Source: Vermamoeba vermiformis (taxonomy: Eukaryota). From it: 64,000 nucleotides of DNA. Below are positions 13,652 through 25,800 of this stretch, piece by piece (the first letter of the stretch is position 1; each line of letters begins with the position of its first letter). The translations under genes were made by a program, and so were the position numbers. The stretch spans positions 496,001 through 560,000 of the forward strand of contig JBEWZL010000077.1 in the NCBI GenBank assembly GCA_045837725.1, written 5' to 3'. The notes under the pieces are model-generated. The model did not search any database. It was not told the DNA's origin and saw only the letters and a list, made by a program, of their open reading frames with translations.

Positions 13652-16624
13652 ATGAACATGCAAGCGCTAATCAATAGCAAATTGTTCGTTCAAACGTCCG
13701 CGAAGGTCCTTCGTAGGAGCTCACAAGGCCTTATTGCCAAGCAGAGCACGCGCCAGTACGCGACCTTGTTTCAACGAGCATCCGTGACCAAATCTAACCA
13801 ACAAAAGCACGAAAATATAAGAAAAACGACGATTATAAGCCCATATGGAAGCCACTTCAATACTACATTCCGATTTTATGTAAATGAAGACTTTAAAAAG
13901 AAAGATCGAGAGCGAGAAGAAGAGGCTAAACAAAAAGATGAAGAGGAAGCCGAAGAGTTCCGCCAATACCAACAAAAACAGAAAGAAAAGGAGGATATGA
14001 AGCGCAAAATAGAAGATGAGTTAGATGAAGATGATAGAAAAGCTTTTGACAAACTACGTAAGATCCCATCTAACTGAAAAATTATTAAAAAATTCAGAAA
14101 ATTAGCCGTACACTTCAATATAGCACGATTGTACGTTTAATAATATTGTTAATATATTAGGCAAAAAAGAATCGACATGGGAGAGTTGGTTTGGTTCCGC
14201 CGGCATCCCTATTGTTGTCGGTATTTTATTAATTATATTACTCAATGCCCGAAGATGGCAAAAACAAGCCGAAGATAAAGCATCATTACAGAATAACCAA
14301 GAGAAGCTATTAAAGGACTGGCAGGTAAGCTAACCAATTTCATTTTGTAACGGTCGATCGCAAGTGAACTCGCGACCTGAAAAAGTTAAAAATTTACTAG
14401 AATTACTTATAGCGTTACATATTATCATAAAATAACAACGATCTTAATATTATGAATTAGATTGATGCTCTGAAGAAGTTACCGACACGTGTAGGATCTC
14501 GCATCTGGGGTTATCTTACTCACTTGACTTTGCCCGTATGGTACGTCAAAATATCTTATAGGACCCTAGTACTATTAAATAATATACGAGATCATTATAT
14601 CAAATTATTCCGAAGTCCGTGGCGGCGACGTGTATGACGCACGATCCAAACTAAATTTTTTTTTGCACGGTTAAATTTACGTTTGCTGATGGTTTCAATT
14701 TATTTATAGGATGCGTAAATATGTATATGGTGCTTATGCTTCTGCTTTTGGATGCAATCTCGATGAAATGGAAAAGAAAATTGAAGATTATCCGTCACTG
14801 GCTGCATTCTTCGCACGACATTTGAAAGAAGGTGCTCGTCCGCTTGACCCACGTGGCGGTGATTTGGTAAGGAGCTAATTTACCATATATAGTAATAATA
14901 GTGCGACACGCGTACGTGGCGTAGCGTAACTATTGGATCCGCTAAATTAACCTTTCTCTTTAACGGGTTATTCTTGATTACTTAGAATAATTCGTTCGCT
15001 TGGAAGGAATATTAGTGCATAAATAGTTGCAATAATATATTAATAGGGATCGTTATCAAAGTTTAAAAAAATTTTTTGAGATCGTGTGGATCAGCTAGTT
15101 AACGGCAATTTTTCTTTGAACAGTTCAGTCCGGTCGATGCACGAGTACTACACTATGGCATGGCTACTAAGGACACCATCGAGCAAATCAAAGGTGTTCG
15201 ATATTCTTTGCCAGAATTCTTGGGCAAGGACTCGCCAATCGACGACAAACTCGGATCTTATCCGAAACCTGGTGACAACGTAGACCCGAAAGAAAAGCGA
15301 CTTTATTATTGTCTATTATATCTAGCCCCTGGTGACTATCACGGAATTCATTCGCCGACAAATTGGACCATCGAATCTGCTCGTCACTTCCCTGGTAAGA
15401 ATCCACGACAAGATCTTTTTTCAAACTAATAATCATACTACTGCTAATAGTACATATACTAATTACTATTAATATAGGCCATTTATTCTCGGTTTCATCG
15501 ATTGCTGTTCGTTTAATCAAGAATTTGTTTGTTTTGAACGAGGTATGTTACGCGATCTGATGCGTCATTATTATAGCACGTACGATTAAATACTTATAAT
15601 ATGTTATAATAGAGGATATGCCTAAACGGTAAATGGGATCACGGCTACTTCTCACTTTCACCTGTCGGCGCTTACAACGTTGGATCTATCGAGTTGTCAT
15701 TCGATAAGGTAAAGTTCATGAAAACGGTTTGAAGTCAAATTAAGAAATTTCAACGAGTTCTATTGAACTCAGAACGTCGATTAGTAATTGCACATTTCAA
15801 AAACAAATTATTTTTATAAAGATTCTGCGTTTAGCGCGCTATCGGAATTTCTGATCTGTGCCGCGATAAATCGAATCAAATTGATATGTTTGCGTATTAA
15901 TATTAACTATGATTATAGGACATGAAAACGAATTTGCCCGGTCAGAAAGCAGAAGGACCATTTATCGAAAAGAAATACGCATCTGGTGTTCCTTCCAAGG
16001 TCGGCGAGGAAATTGCATTTTTCCACTTAGGATCAAGCATCGTGCTCGTGTTTGAAAGCCCTGAATTCTTATTCACGGTCAAACCTGGTCAAAAAGTCAA
16101 AGTAAGTACATTTCGATTTGTGACACTCAGCTGAAAAAAGTCAACTTTGGTCAAAACCACGTGATCATTTTAATTTGCATCATGATCACGAGCAATATGG
16201 TTTAAATGAGAAGCAAACTTTTGCTGATTGCTAAATCGCTGCACGAAAATTATTTCCTTTTATGGAATTGCAAAATCTGGCCAGGTCGATACTAATTTTA
16301 TTTTATTTTTCGTAGTTGGGCCAAAGATTGGGTCTTATTATGACACCCGAGTTATCAGGCATCATGGAGTCGTTGGACCACGAAACGAGAAAAATCATCG
16401 TTGATTACAGACGCGCACAATTTAAGAAGTTCGTGAACGCAGAAAAGAAACGAGCATTGGCTGGCGAACCAACTTTTTCCCGCGCACCTGAGGAAATTGA
16501 TCCTGAAATGCCCGTCAAAGAAATTGAAGAATTTTTGCGACAAACTCGCGGTCCTTATCGCGTACCAAAGATTCCGCGTGAAGTTGTTGAGGCAGTGAGA
16601 CCTGAAACTGAAAATAAGAAATAA
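13652..16624 (+). CDS. PSD1: Mitochondrial-type phosphatidylserine decarboxylase proenzyme, multi-exon
   Basis: Arg/Ser-rich transit-like N-terminus, TM segment, [26 protein letters not shown] and an FHLGSS autocleavage motif. Confidence 0.92.
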
Positions 16625-16943
16625 AATCAACAGCATTGTCTATCCGTTACCGTCGGATCTAATTGATCAATCGGACTTTAAATATATATATATATATTAA
16701 TTAATATCGTAAATTACGGTATGTAAAATGAACGATTTAATCATTAAGTTATTATTAACATGATATGCTCACGTTGCGGTATGATTTTAATGTCAAACGA
16801 AATCTTATTATTTAGCGCATTAATTAAAAATCCATTCTAACCGCTCACAAATGAAACTTTAAGAATGAGAAATACTAGGCCAGTTCAGCATATTTGTTGC
16901 CAATAAAGTCATTTATTGTTTTTAGAGGCTTGCTAGAACGGAT

Positions 16944-19295
16944 CTACACACGTTCGTAACGATCTTCATTTGGATTGGACAACAAGCCCCGTCGTTCCGG
17001 ATCATTCGATCGCTTTTTGCACCAAAAAACGAGGCCGACAACTACAGCAGAAATAACAGCGCCAGTACCACCAATAAGAGCTACAAGACAAAGAGTCAGT
17101 AATCGTAATTATTGATAACAATAACCAAAAATTCATCATTGATGCTTACCGAATTTGCTCAAACCACCGGGTTGTGCACTAGGTGTAGGTACAGTGACAT
17201 TGTGCGAGGGTGTGTTGACGGGTGATTTGACAGGCGACATGACAGGTGCCATGATCGGGGCTTTGACAGGTGGATAGGGGCTCTAACAGGCGGCATGACA
17301 GGTGCTTTGACAGGTGACATGACAGGTGCGCTGACAGGTGCGCTGACAGGTGCCATGATCGGGGCTTTGACGGGTGGCATGACAGGTGCGCTTACAGGTG
17401 CGCTTACAGGTGCGCTTACAGGTGCACCCTTGCAATTCTGGGTGAGTTGATACACTTTGTATCCAACTTGGGGTTGGAAGGCCGGCCCCTGACGGGGCAC
17501 AAAGGCCAGCAATTGATCACAGCTCATGGCTTTAACTTGGGCTACCGTCATGTTGTTGATCTGAGCGTTTGTGATGTTTGGAATGACCGAAGGTTGAAGG
17601 CCTGAAATGCCGTAGGGACTGATGACGCCAAACGCAGTAGCAGGAATTTGCATCAATTGCGTGCCGTTGAGAGCACTGGCAGTGTCATTGATGAGGTACG
17701 ACGCTTGACTCGTGTTGAGCAATGAGAAAACAGCAGGAGCCATGTGTTGGACTTGATCAATACGGAGACCCATCACCGCTGAAGGAGGCAGTTCTGTCAT
17801 GAACTTTGAGTCCAAGTCCTTGCTAAGCTTTGGGTCGAGAAGTGCTAATTGAAGCCACGTTGATTGTGACACTGGCCTGGGATCCCAGGTGGTCCAATTA
17901 GTGTTCTTCACAATCGTTGGTATGAAGAATTTGAAATCTAATAAAGTTCGGTTAATACGTGCTCAAATAGAGATTGTCATATTAACTTACAGGAAGCACT
18001 GGCCATCGGGTATTTATAGGTTTGTGAGATTGTCCAATTGTAGATGAGGTCAGTGCCAAGGGTAATTGAGACAATACCAAGTTGATTGGCTGTCATACCA
18101 CCAAGATTTGAGTAATACGGCGACAGATTCAGAAGCTGATCAAGAGATGCAGCTTGAATTACAAAATTTGAAACGCTTTTGAGTTGCGTGTTAAAGCCTG
18201 CAAATGCAGCAGGAGGGATCTTTGTCAGCTGATTTGTACGTATGAGAGTAAAAATCTGTTCATTAGTCACTTCAATGCAATCAGCCGTGAAGCCAGTGAA
18301 AGCGTTCGGAGTCATTGAACCGACGAAGTTGTACATCAATCCACTGCACGCATTAGCCATATTTTGCAAGCACGCAGAAGTCATGCCTGAAGCACTTGTC
18401 TCAGGAAGGGCGTACACTTGATTGGCTGTGAGGCCTGGACAAGAGTTGGGGTTAATAAACTTAAGTTGGCCAGCTTGAATGCGCGTGAATGCCGCTGATG
18501 GGATCAGCTTAATACATGCAGCAGAAAGGCTCGAGAATGCATCAGTTCCAATTCCAGACAAGAAATCTGCTTGAAATCCCGCACAAGGTGAAGCTTTCGT
18601 GGTCGTGTCGAAGTTATTAACGCAAAATCCCCTGAGACCGGATGCAGCTTCCGCAGGCATGTTTTTGATGTGCGAGCTATTCAATCCGCCACAAGCCTCG
18701 TTATTGAGATTGCTGAGATCGTATAGGTTGATGAGCGAAAAAATGTCGCCGGGGCTATTGGCTACGCATTGCTTCGTCCATCCAACAAACGTCTGAGAGT
18801 CTGCCTGCGCAACAAAACCTGCCTTGAGACCAGAGCAGGATAAGGGAGGCAACTCGGTTAAGCAAGTAGCTATAAGTCCTTTGCCAGTAGTGTTTTGCAA
18901 GCTAGCCAATTGCGAAGCTTTGAATCCGGCACAAGCTAACGGATTTAACCATAGTAATTGAGCAGCAGCAAGAGCAGCAATGGAGGCGTCCGGAATCGCG
19001 TTTAATTGATCCGATCGAAAGCCAATGCACGCCTATAGTTAAAAAATTAATAATTAAAAAAAAAAATCGATCTCGATCTAAAGTTGGATGGATCAGGATT
19101 TACGACCCGCTCATATTAAATTGAACTTACTCCGACAGGAATAGATGCCAGCTGCTCCGGAGTAATTGTTGCGAAATCATTCGCTGGTAGATTGCTCAAT
19201 TGCGTTGCGTTGAGGGTGTTCCAATTCACGCAGTAGCCGGTGCCGAATAGGGCCAAAGAAATGACTAAATAAATCGAATACGATTCGCGATGCAT
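16944..19295 (-). CDS. Type I membrane protein with ~24-aa Cys/Leu repeats, PVSA/PVM stalk and endolysosomal sorting tail; apparent frameshift in the stalk
   Basis: Signal peptide MHRESYSIYLVISLALFGTGYC, repeats like L..IP.AAF.G.T..Q, and TM ALIGGTGAVISAVVVGLVFWC. The tail has ERRGLL and a terminal YERV. The frame breaks at ~17274. Confidence 0.7.
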
Positions 19296-20120
19296 TGTCT
19301 AAGATAGCCGACAAATGTGCAACTGAAAGCGAAGTATCCTAAAAAATTCTGCGTTCTGGCCATTTTTGGTACAACGCTTTATCCGTAGAAAATTCTCATC
19401 AGCTTCAGCCACGAAAATTTTAGGATTCTGTTTAGACTATGTTGTTAGTATGCGCAATGATCATTGACAAATGAATAACAAATTGGTTGGAAAGGTGTTC
19501 GTACCCAACTCGGTGCTTGGGAAGCAGATCTGCAACTTTTTTTGCCGAATCGTTAAGACGTCCTGGGCGGATCGTTAAACTCCCGCGTAATCCACAAATT
19601 GGAGGCACGAGCGGATTCCTATAATAATACGTTCTAATTTAGGACTAGTAATTACGTCTTACTTAAATTAGTCCATCATAAATATTGATTTCGTTCAAAT
19701 AACTTGGAGCTTATTTGTAAGTCCCGAAAAAATTGCACAATAATTTAGCATTAATTACCTGAATTTACAATGCTCAATTGGCTGCTTGGATGGTTGCGCG
19801 GCAAATCTGAAATAATTTATAAGTTTTGAATATCAATACAGTGACACTCAGCGAATGCTCTACTTACAAGCGATAATACCATTTGCTATTAGATAAAGAT
19901 AAACCGATTTGTGTCGGTGCGCAATGCATCCATTCGAGATTCAAGATCGCTTGATGAGGTTATCGTCATAAAAGACGTTGTCGCAATCCTCGGAACGCGT
20001 GTATTGTTGAGCAATAAGGAGTGGTTGTGCTGCACTGATAAGACCATTGATTGTCTCGCCTGTCACTCAAACAAAATTTAAATTAATTCTGTTTATTGTG
20101 AGCAACACCATGCACACGTA

Positions 20121-22192
20121 ATGGAGCAACAAGGCAAAAAGGACAGCGAAAATAATATAGAAAAGGAGAAGTCTCAAGCGGTTGAGTCAGATCTTGAACA
20201 ACAGATTCTGAATAGCAAAAAGAGAAAAGCAGAACGCAAAGAAAAAAAGGCACAAAAGAAGACTAAATACATGGAGAATATTTCGACGAAAAATGAAAAG
20301 AAAGGACAAGCTGTAACAGATCAGCAACCTGATCCAAATAGCTCTACGACTTGTCAATTTTATTTAAAGAAGAAAGCTAGGTTTTGTAACCAACACCCAA
20401 AGCCAGGTATTTTTATGCTGTTTTTTAAATTATTTGAATTATTTATGAAATTTGTTAACTGATCCGGAATTGGCTGAAGCTTAACAACCATTTTCTAGGC
20501 TTCAAATTTTGTCCCAACCATATGGCTGTGTACGGTGGTAAAAAGAGAATACCTTGCCCGTTTGATCCGCGACAGTAAGCAAGATCTTTTCTCGTCATGG
20601 TAAAATCTGACCGCTGTTATAGCACTGTTTACGAAGATAAAATCAAAAAACATCTGAAAATATGTGCAGCTGGCAAAAAGAATGAAGCACCGTATATTGA
20701 CGATGATTTAAACGCTGGTACCGACGATGAAAACGAATCCACAAAATCAGCCCAAGCTACCAGCAATGATATAACCACTAAAATACCTGATAATAATAAT
20801 AGTGGTCAAGATCAAAGTAATACAGAGCTATACGTCCCATTGAATCTTAACGAAGAAAAAAAACCGCAAGCGCCATCCAAGATCTCATTAATTTCTCGAG
20901 AACAAATCGCAGAGCTCGTCGATAAAATTCAAAAAGCATATGATAAGAACGTACCAACATTAGAAACTGCTATATTAAGTCATCCTTACGCTCAGGCGGA
21001 AAATTTACCCGAAGGACGGTACGGATCCAAATACTTTTGTGATTATTCTTTTTAATCGATATTGTCGTATAGACCTAAGGCTATTAAGCATGCATTGCAA
21101 CATTCTTCTATAATTGGTCATTTAGAAAAACTTGGTTCGTTTACGAAAGATCAGCTGTTCATCGAGTTTGGCTGTGGCAAAGGTCTATTACTTAATAATC
21201 ATAAAATATATGTTATCGCATTTATATTAATATAGATTTTAGGTACATTATCGCATTTGATTCATTTGGGTCACCAAGGCGATCATATTCTGGTTGACAG
21301 ATCCAATTTTCGACGCAAGGTAAGAATCGACAGCAAAATATAACACTGATAATAACATAATTATATAGGCGGATAGATTTGAAAAGGAAAAAATTGGATT
21401 ATTTAAACGGATAGAAGCGGATATTAAAGATCTAAATTTGTATAGAATTCCCGAACTAGTTGAACGACGCAGTAAGTTTTAAAATCAAATCGCAAACGCA
21501 TAATTATACTAATATATGTTAGGCCATCCTATAACAGCTTTCAGCAAGCATCTATGTGGCGCTGCGACGGATCTGACTTTGCGATGTTTATTTGCGAAGA
21601 ACAAACAACCCGACGGATCCAAGCAAAATTCAAGCACAAACGAATCAAATGACAGTAATAAGAATACAGACGATACTATAGTGCATGAAGGCGATGAGGT
21701 GGTTGATTGGAAATTAAATTTGAACGCGATCGCGATCGCTTTATGTTGCCATCATAAATGCAGTTGGCAAGCCTATTGCAGTACGTAATCACATTCATTC
21801 ATACGATAAGACAATATTAAATCAATTTGTTCAATAGACAAACAATTTTTGCTTGACTCTGGATTTACAAAAAAAGATTTCGAATTGCTTTGTTCGATAA
21901 CAAGGTACGCAAATTAATTACGTATTTGAGACATACTTATGTGTTAATTGTTTTTCCTAGTTGGGCGAATTGTGGTAGTACTTCAGATGAAAAGGATTAC
22001 ACTGGAATGACCGGATCTGAAAAACAAGCAATCGGCTGGAAATGCAAGAGAATGTTGGATATTGGTAGAGTTAAATATATCAATGATAAGCTTAAAGAGC
22101 TGAATTTAAATATGGACGTAACGCTCCTGAAGTACATTGACAGCTCGATCTCGCTTGAAAACGTAATGTTACGTGTTGAACGACGGTCATAA
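20121..22192 (+). CDS. TRM13: tRNA:m4X 2'-O-methyltransferase TRM13, multi-exon
   Basis: CCCH finger (CQFYLKKKARFC..FCPNH), CHHC finger (CPFDPRH..HLKIC), EFGCGKG, KHLCGAATDL, IALCCHH, SLEN. Confidence 0.93.
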
Positions 22193-22387
22193 AGCTCTGA
22201 ACGGATATTTGCAAATTTCATTTATTGTCTTCTTTGAACTTAACTGGAGTCGATTTTGTTTATCCTTAACGAAGCACGATAAATTTGATCCTTTTTTAGT
22301 TTTCTGCAAATTTCGCAGGTGAAGCGAGAAAAACCCGAATTTGTTAAACAAACCAACAAACACGCAACGAACACCACAACTCAAAGC

Positions 22388-22573
22388 ATGTCTCATTTAT
22401 CTCCCTCGTCTACCACAACAGCGGACGCGCCAATACGAATAAAGAAAACGCTTCCGCCACCAATTGTATCTACCGTTGAATACAACGATTCTACTGACGA
22501 TGCCCTGAAAAACGCCGGTATTTACGATATTGTACCACCGAAGCGCATTCTGGCAATTCTTGATCTGAATTAG
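22388..22573 (+). CDS. Small hypothetical protein (61 aa)
   Basis: ATG follows an A/C-rich leader resembling other genes here; intronless ORF; AATAAA just downstream. Confidence 0.4.
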   Translation: MSHLSPSSTTTADAPIRIKKTLPPPIVSTVEYNDSTDDALKNAGIYDIVPPKRILAILDLN

Positions 22574-23370
22574 CTAGAAAGAATGTTTTTTTAATGTAAA
22601 TAAATATTATTACCAAGTAACGATATTGTTGTACCTATTAATAAGAAGTAGTCTAATAAGCAAAAGGGTTGCCTGCTCTGTTTTTTCGTATCAAGATCAA
22701 TGCGTGTACAAAAATTAGGAAATTAACGAAAATCGGCCGTAATTTTAATGACAATAATTTGCTAAATAATATTATGAACATAATCAATATTAAAATTTAA
22801 AGAAGTGGTCTCGCCAAGGCAAGATGCAGCATACCCTGATAATGACAGATGCGCAATAGCTGGAGGCAAAAGAAACCATCAACGGTTCGTGGTGTTAGTG
22901 TTGAAAGAATAAAAACGCGTGGAAAATCGAAGGTCTCGTGGGAAAAGAAGGCTCAGAAATTTGACGACCAAATTTTGGTAAGGGCAAAAACCGTGTAAAG
23001 ACCGCAGGAAATTACTTGTGATAATTTTTGTTTCCGTGAGTGAGCAAACACACGGACTTTGTATTTTTTTGCTTTGTATATTATCTTAATTGAAATCGCG
23101 TACAGGTAAGCCCATCCGAAATTTTTCAGATTTATGTTTTGTCAAGCTTCATTTGCATAGCCATCTTATGCACGTAAATTAATTTATAATGTTGACTTTT
23201 GTGGTTGATGCTGTTTTCCGTTCATTATTTAAAGAATTATTTGGATTCTTCTGAAGATGTGCATCAGAAAAGTTTTGCTCAGGCAATTAAATTCAATTTA
23301 AATTTTAAAAACCTAGAAAATATAAGATGACATATTACTAATATTTTAATAGTATTTTCGCCACAAGAAA

Positions 23371-25467
23371 ATGAGTTCTGACGAGTACGACGACTACGAT
23401 GTCGATGACTACCAAGACATGGACGTAGATTCTGACAACGAGATTGGAGACGTATCAGGATTAGACGATGAAATTAAGGGCTCTCGAGAGATTGCGAAGC
23501 AAGCCTCATATGAAGTAATTACAACCAGCGAGCTGGAAGAAAACACCAAAAGCATGATCACGGAAGTTCGTGAAGTTCTCGACATTCCAAGTCGGTCTGC
23601 CAGTATTATTTTATTAAGACACTTCCAGTAAGTAATAGACGTTATATTAATTCTTCCAGAACAAATTCAAATCTGGATTCCGAAAATTTAAAAAAATTCA
23701 TAAAAAGATGCTGCAATTTACTGACAAACCGTAAATTCAGTTGGAACAAGGAAAAGCTTATTGAGTCGTATATGGAGAACCCTGAAAAGGTTCGCAAAGA
23801 AGCCGGCATTAGTACGCTCGAATTGGAAAAGAAGCCCTCGAAAAAGAAAGAATACGAATGCCCGATCTGCACTGAAACTTATAATGGCGCAAATATGTAC
23901 GCCCTAGGGTGTGGTCACAAATATTGCCTCGACTGCTGGAAGAGTTATTTAGAGGTACGTACTAGAATATTCTTTTCGGATCGAATCCTACATCCATTTC
24001 TTCCGCGCTCCGAAATTAACGATCTATTAACTGTAGCTCAAACTCGTCGGCTCTAGTGACGCAGCTTGGACGAAGTGCCCTAATCCTCGCTGCAAAGACA
24101 TCGTGCACGAGCGTGCGTTCAAGAAATTAGTTAGCAAACAAAATTACAAAATTTACGAAAAGGCTTTATTACGGTCAATGGTCGAAGACAATCCTAATGT
24201 AAGTACTATTGGAAAATTAGAAATTAATTTTAAGACGGAAAATAATGCAAAAGCGATCTCGATCTAACGTCTGCGAACTTTTTTTGGCAATTACTATGGT
24301 ATTTTTTAATTATCATAAATATGAAACGAGGTTTGCAATGCCTTTGTGCTTATTTATTTGTAATATTGCCAAGCTCTAATATTCTTCCGTTTAGGTAAAA
24401 TACTGCCCTGCCCCTGGTTGTACAAACGCTATTCGCTGCGAACGAAAGAACAGAAAAGAAGCTGTTGCCTGCAAATGCGGTTTCAGATTCTGCTTCCGTT
24501 GCGCAGATTATGACAAAGGTGATCACATGCCTGCCACGTGCGAGCAAGTCGAAATGTGGATGCAAAAGGCATCTGATGAATCAGAGAACGTCAAGTGGTT
24601 GATGGCTAATACTAAGAAGTAAGTCCGAGCAATAGAATGTCTTAGAAATTCTAAGAAATCATTGCAAGATCACGTTACATCGTGCACAAAAAACACCTCG
24701 AATTTTTATTAATTTTTCTTCTGTAGATGTCCTAACTGCCGTAAGCCTATTGAAAAGAACGGAGGTTGCATGCACATGACATGCCGCAAACAGAGTGGTG
24801 GCTGTGGTTTCGAGTTCTGTTGGTTGTGCCGTGGTGATTGGAAGGAACACGGAGCCGAGACTGGTGGCTACTACGCTTGCAACAAGTACGACGCTTCTGG
24901 TGCTAAGGGTGAGGACGCCAAGGCCCAAGAGTTGAAGACTGAATTGGAGACTTACATGTTCTACTATCATCGATACGAGTCACACAAGAACGCCATGAAG
25001 GTTGCTGATGAACAGATCCGCAACGCTGACAAGAAGGCTAACGAGCTCCTTGAACGATTCTCAGTTCGTCCTCAAGATACTAAGTTCTTGAAGGAGGCTA
25101 CTGAGCAATTGCTTAACGTAAGTACATTTACAGATCCTGTCTTGATCTCGATCTGTCATGCGAACTTTGGTACTAATAATAACCTATATAGAACCGCCGA
25201 GTATTGGAGTGGTCTTACGTCTACGGCTACTACTTGGACAAACAAAAGACTGCCGAAAAGAACTTGTTTGAGTACTTGCAAGAAGATCTTGAGAAGCACA
25301 CTAACCACTTGTCCGAACTTTACGAGATGCCTTTGGAGAAGCTTCAAGGCGATTACCACGAGTTTATCAAGTGGAAAGAAGACGTCACTAACTACACTCG
25401 TGTCACTAACAAGTTCTTGGACAAATTTGTTGAAGGTGTAATGGGCGGCCTGACGCAAAACGATTAA
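23371..25467 (+). CDS. ARIH1: Ariadne-family RING-IBR-RING E3 ubiquitin ligase
   Basis: Acidic N-terminus, RING1 (CPIC..CGHKYCLDC), IBR, RING2 (CPNCRKPIEKNGGCMHMTC), Ariadne domain (RRVLEWSYVYGYY). Confidence 0.93.
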
Positions 25468-25800
25468 GTGGTCGTTCAACCATAACGAAGCAACACCGAC
25501 TAAACCCTTGTAAATCATTTTAATTGCGTGTTGTAACCAGTATAATGCAAACAGTAAATATTAATTGTTTATAGTGCACGTCGTGTGCATCCACCGTTGC
25601 CTTTCGGAGCTGCTTCCGAAAACAAGCCCCAATAGCTTACTCTTGTTTGAGATTATATATTTAAATTAATTGGTAAACCACCAGGAGGTCATTTGATAAT
25701 TCTAGCGAAGTTTCTGCCCGGGCCACAAAACCAAACCGCTTTGTTACCATCACTCGTACACGATTATACCATCTGAACAACAGATTTGATAGTCGTAAAC

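Noticed and set aside
17220-17430. CRISPR-like array
   Set aside because: 12-nt coding repeats without unique spacers, no cas genes, eukaryotic context.
19952-20038. C/D box snoRNA (TGATGA..CTGA)
   Set aside because: No terminal stem and no rRNA-complementary guide that I could recognise.
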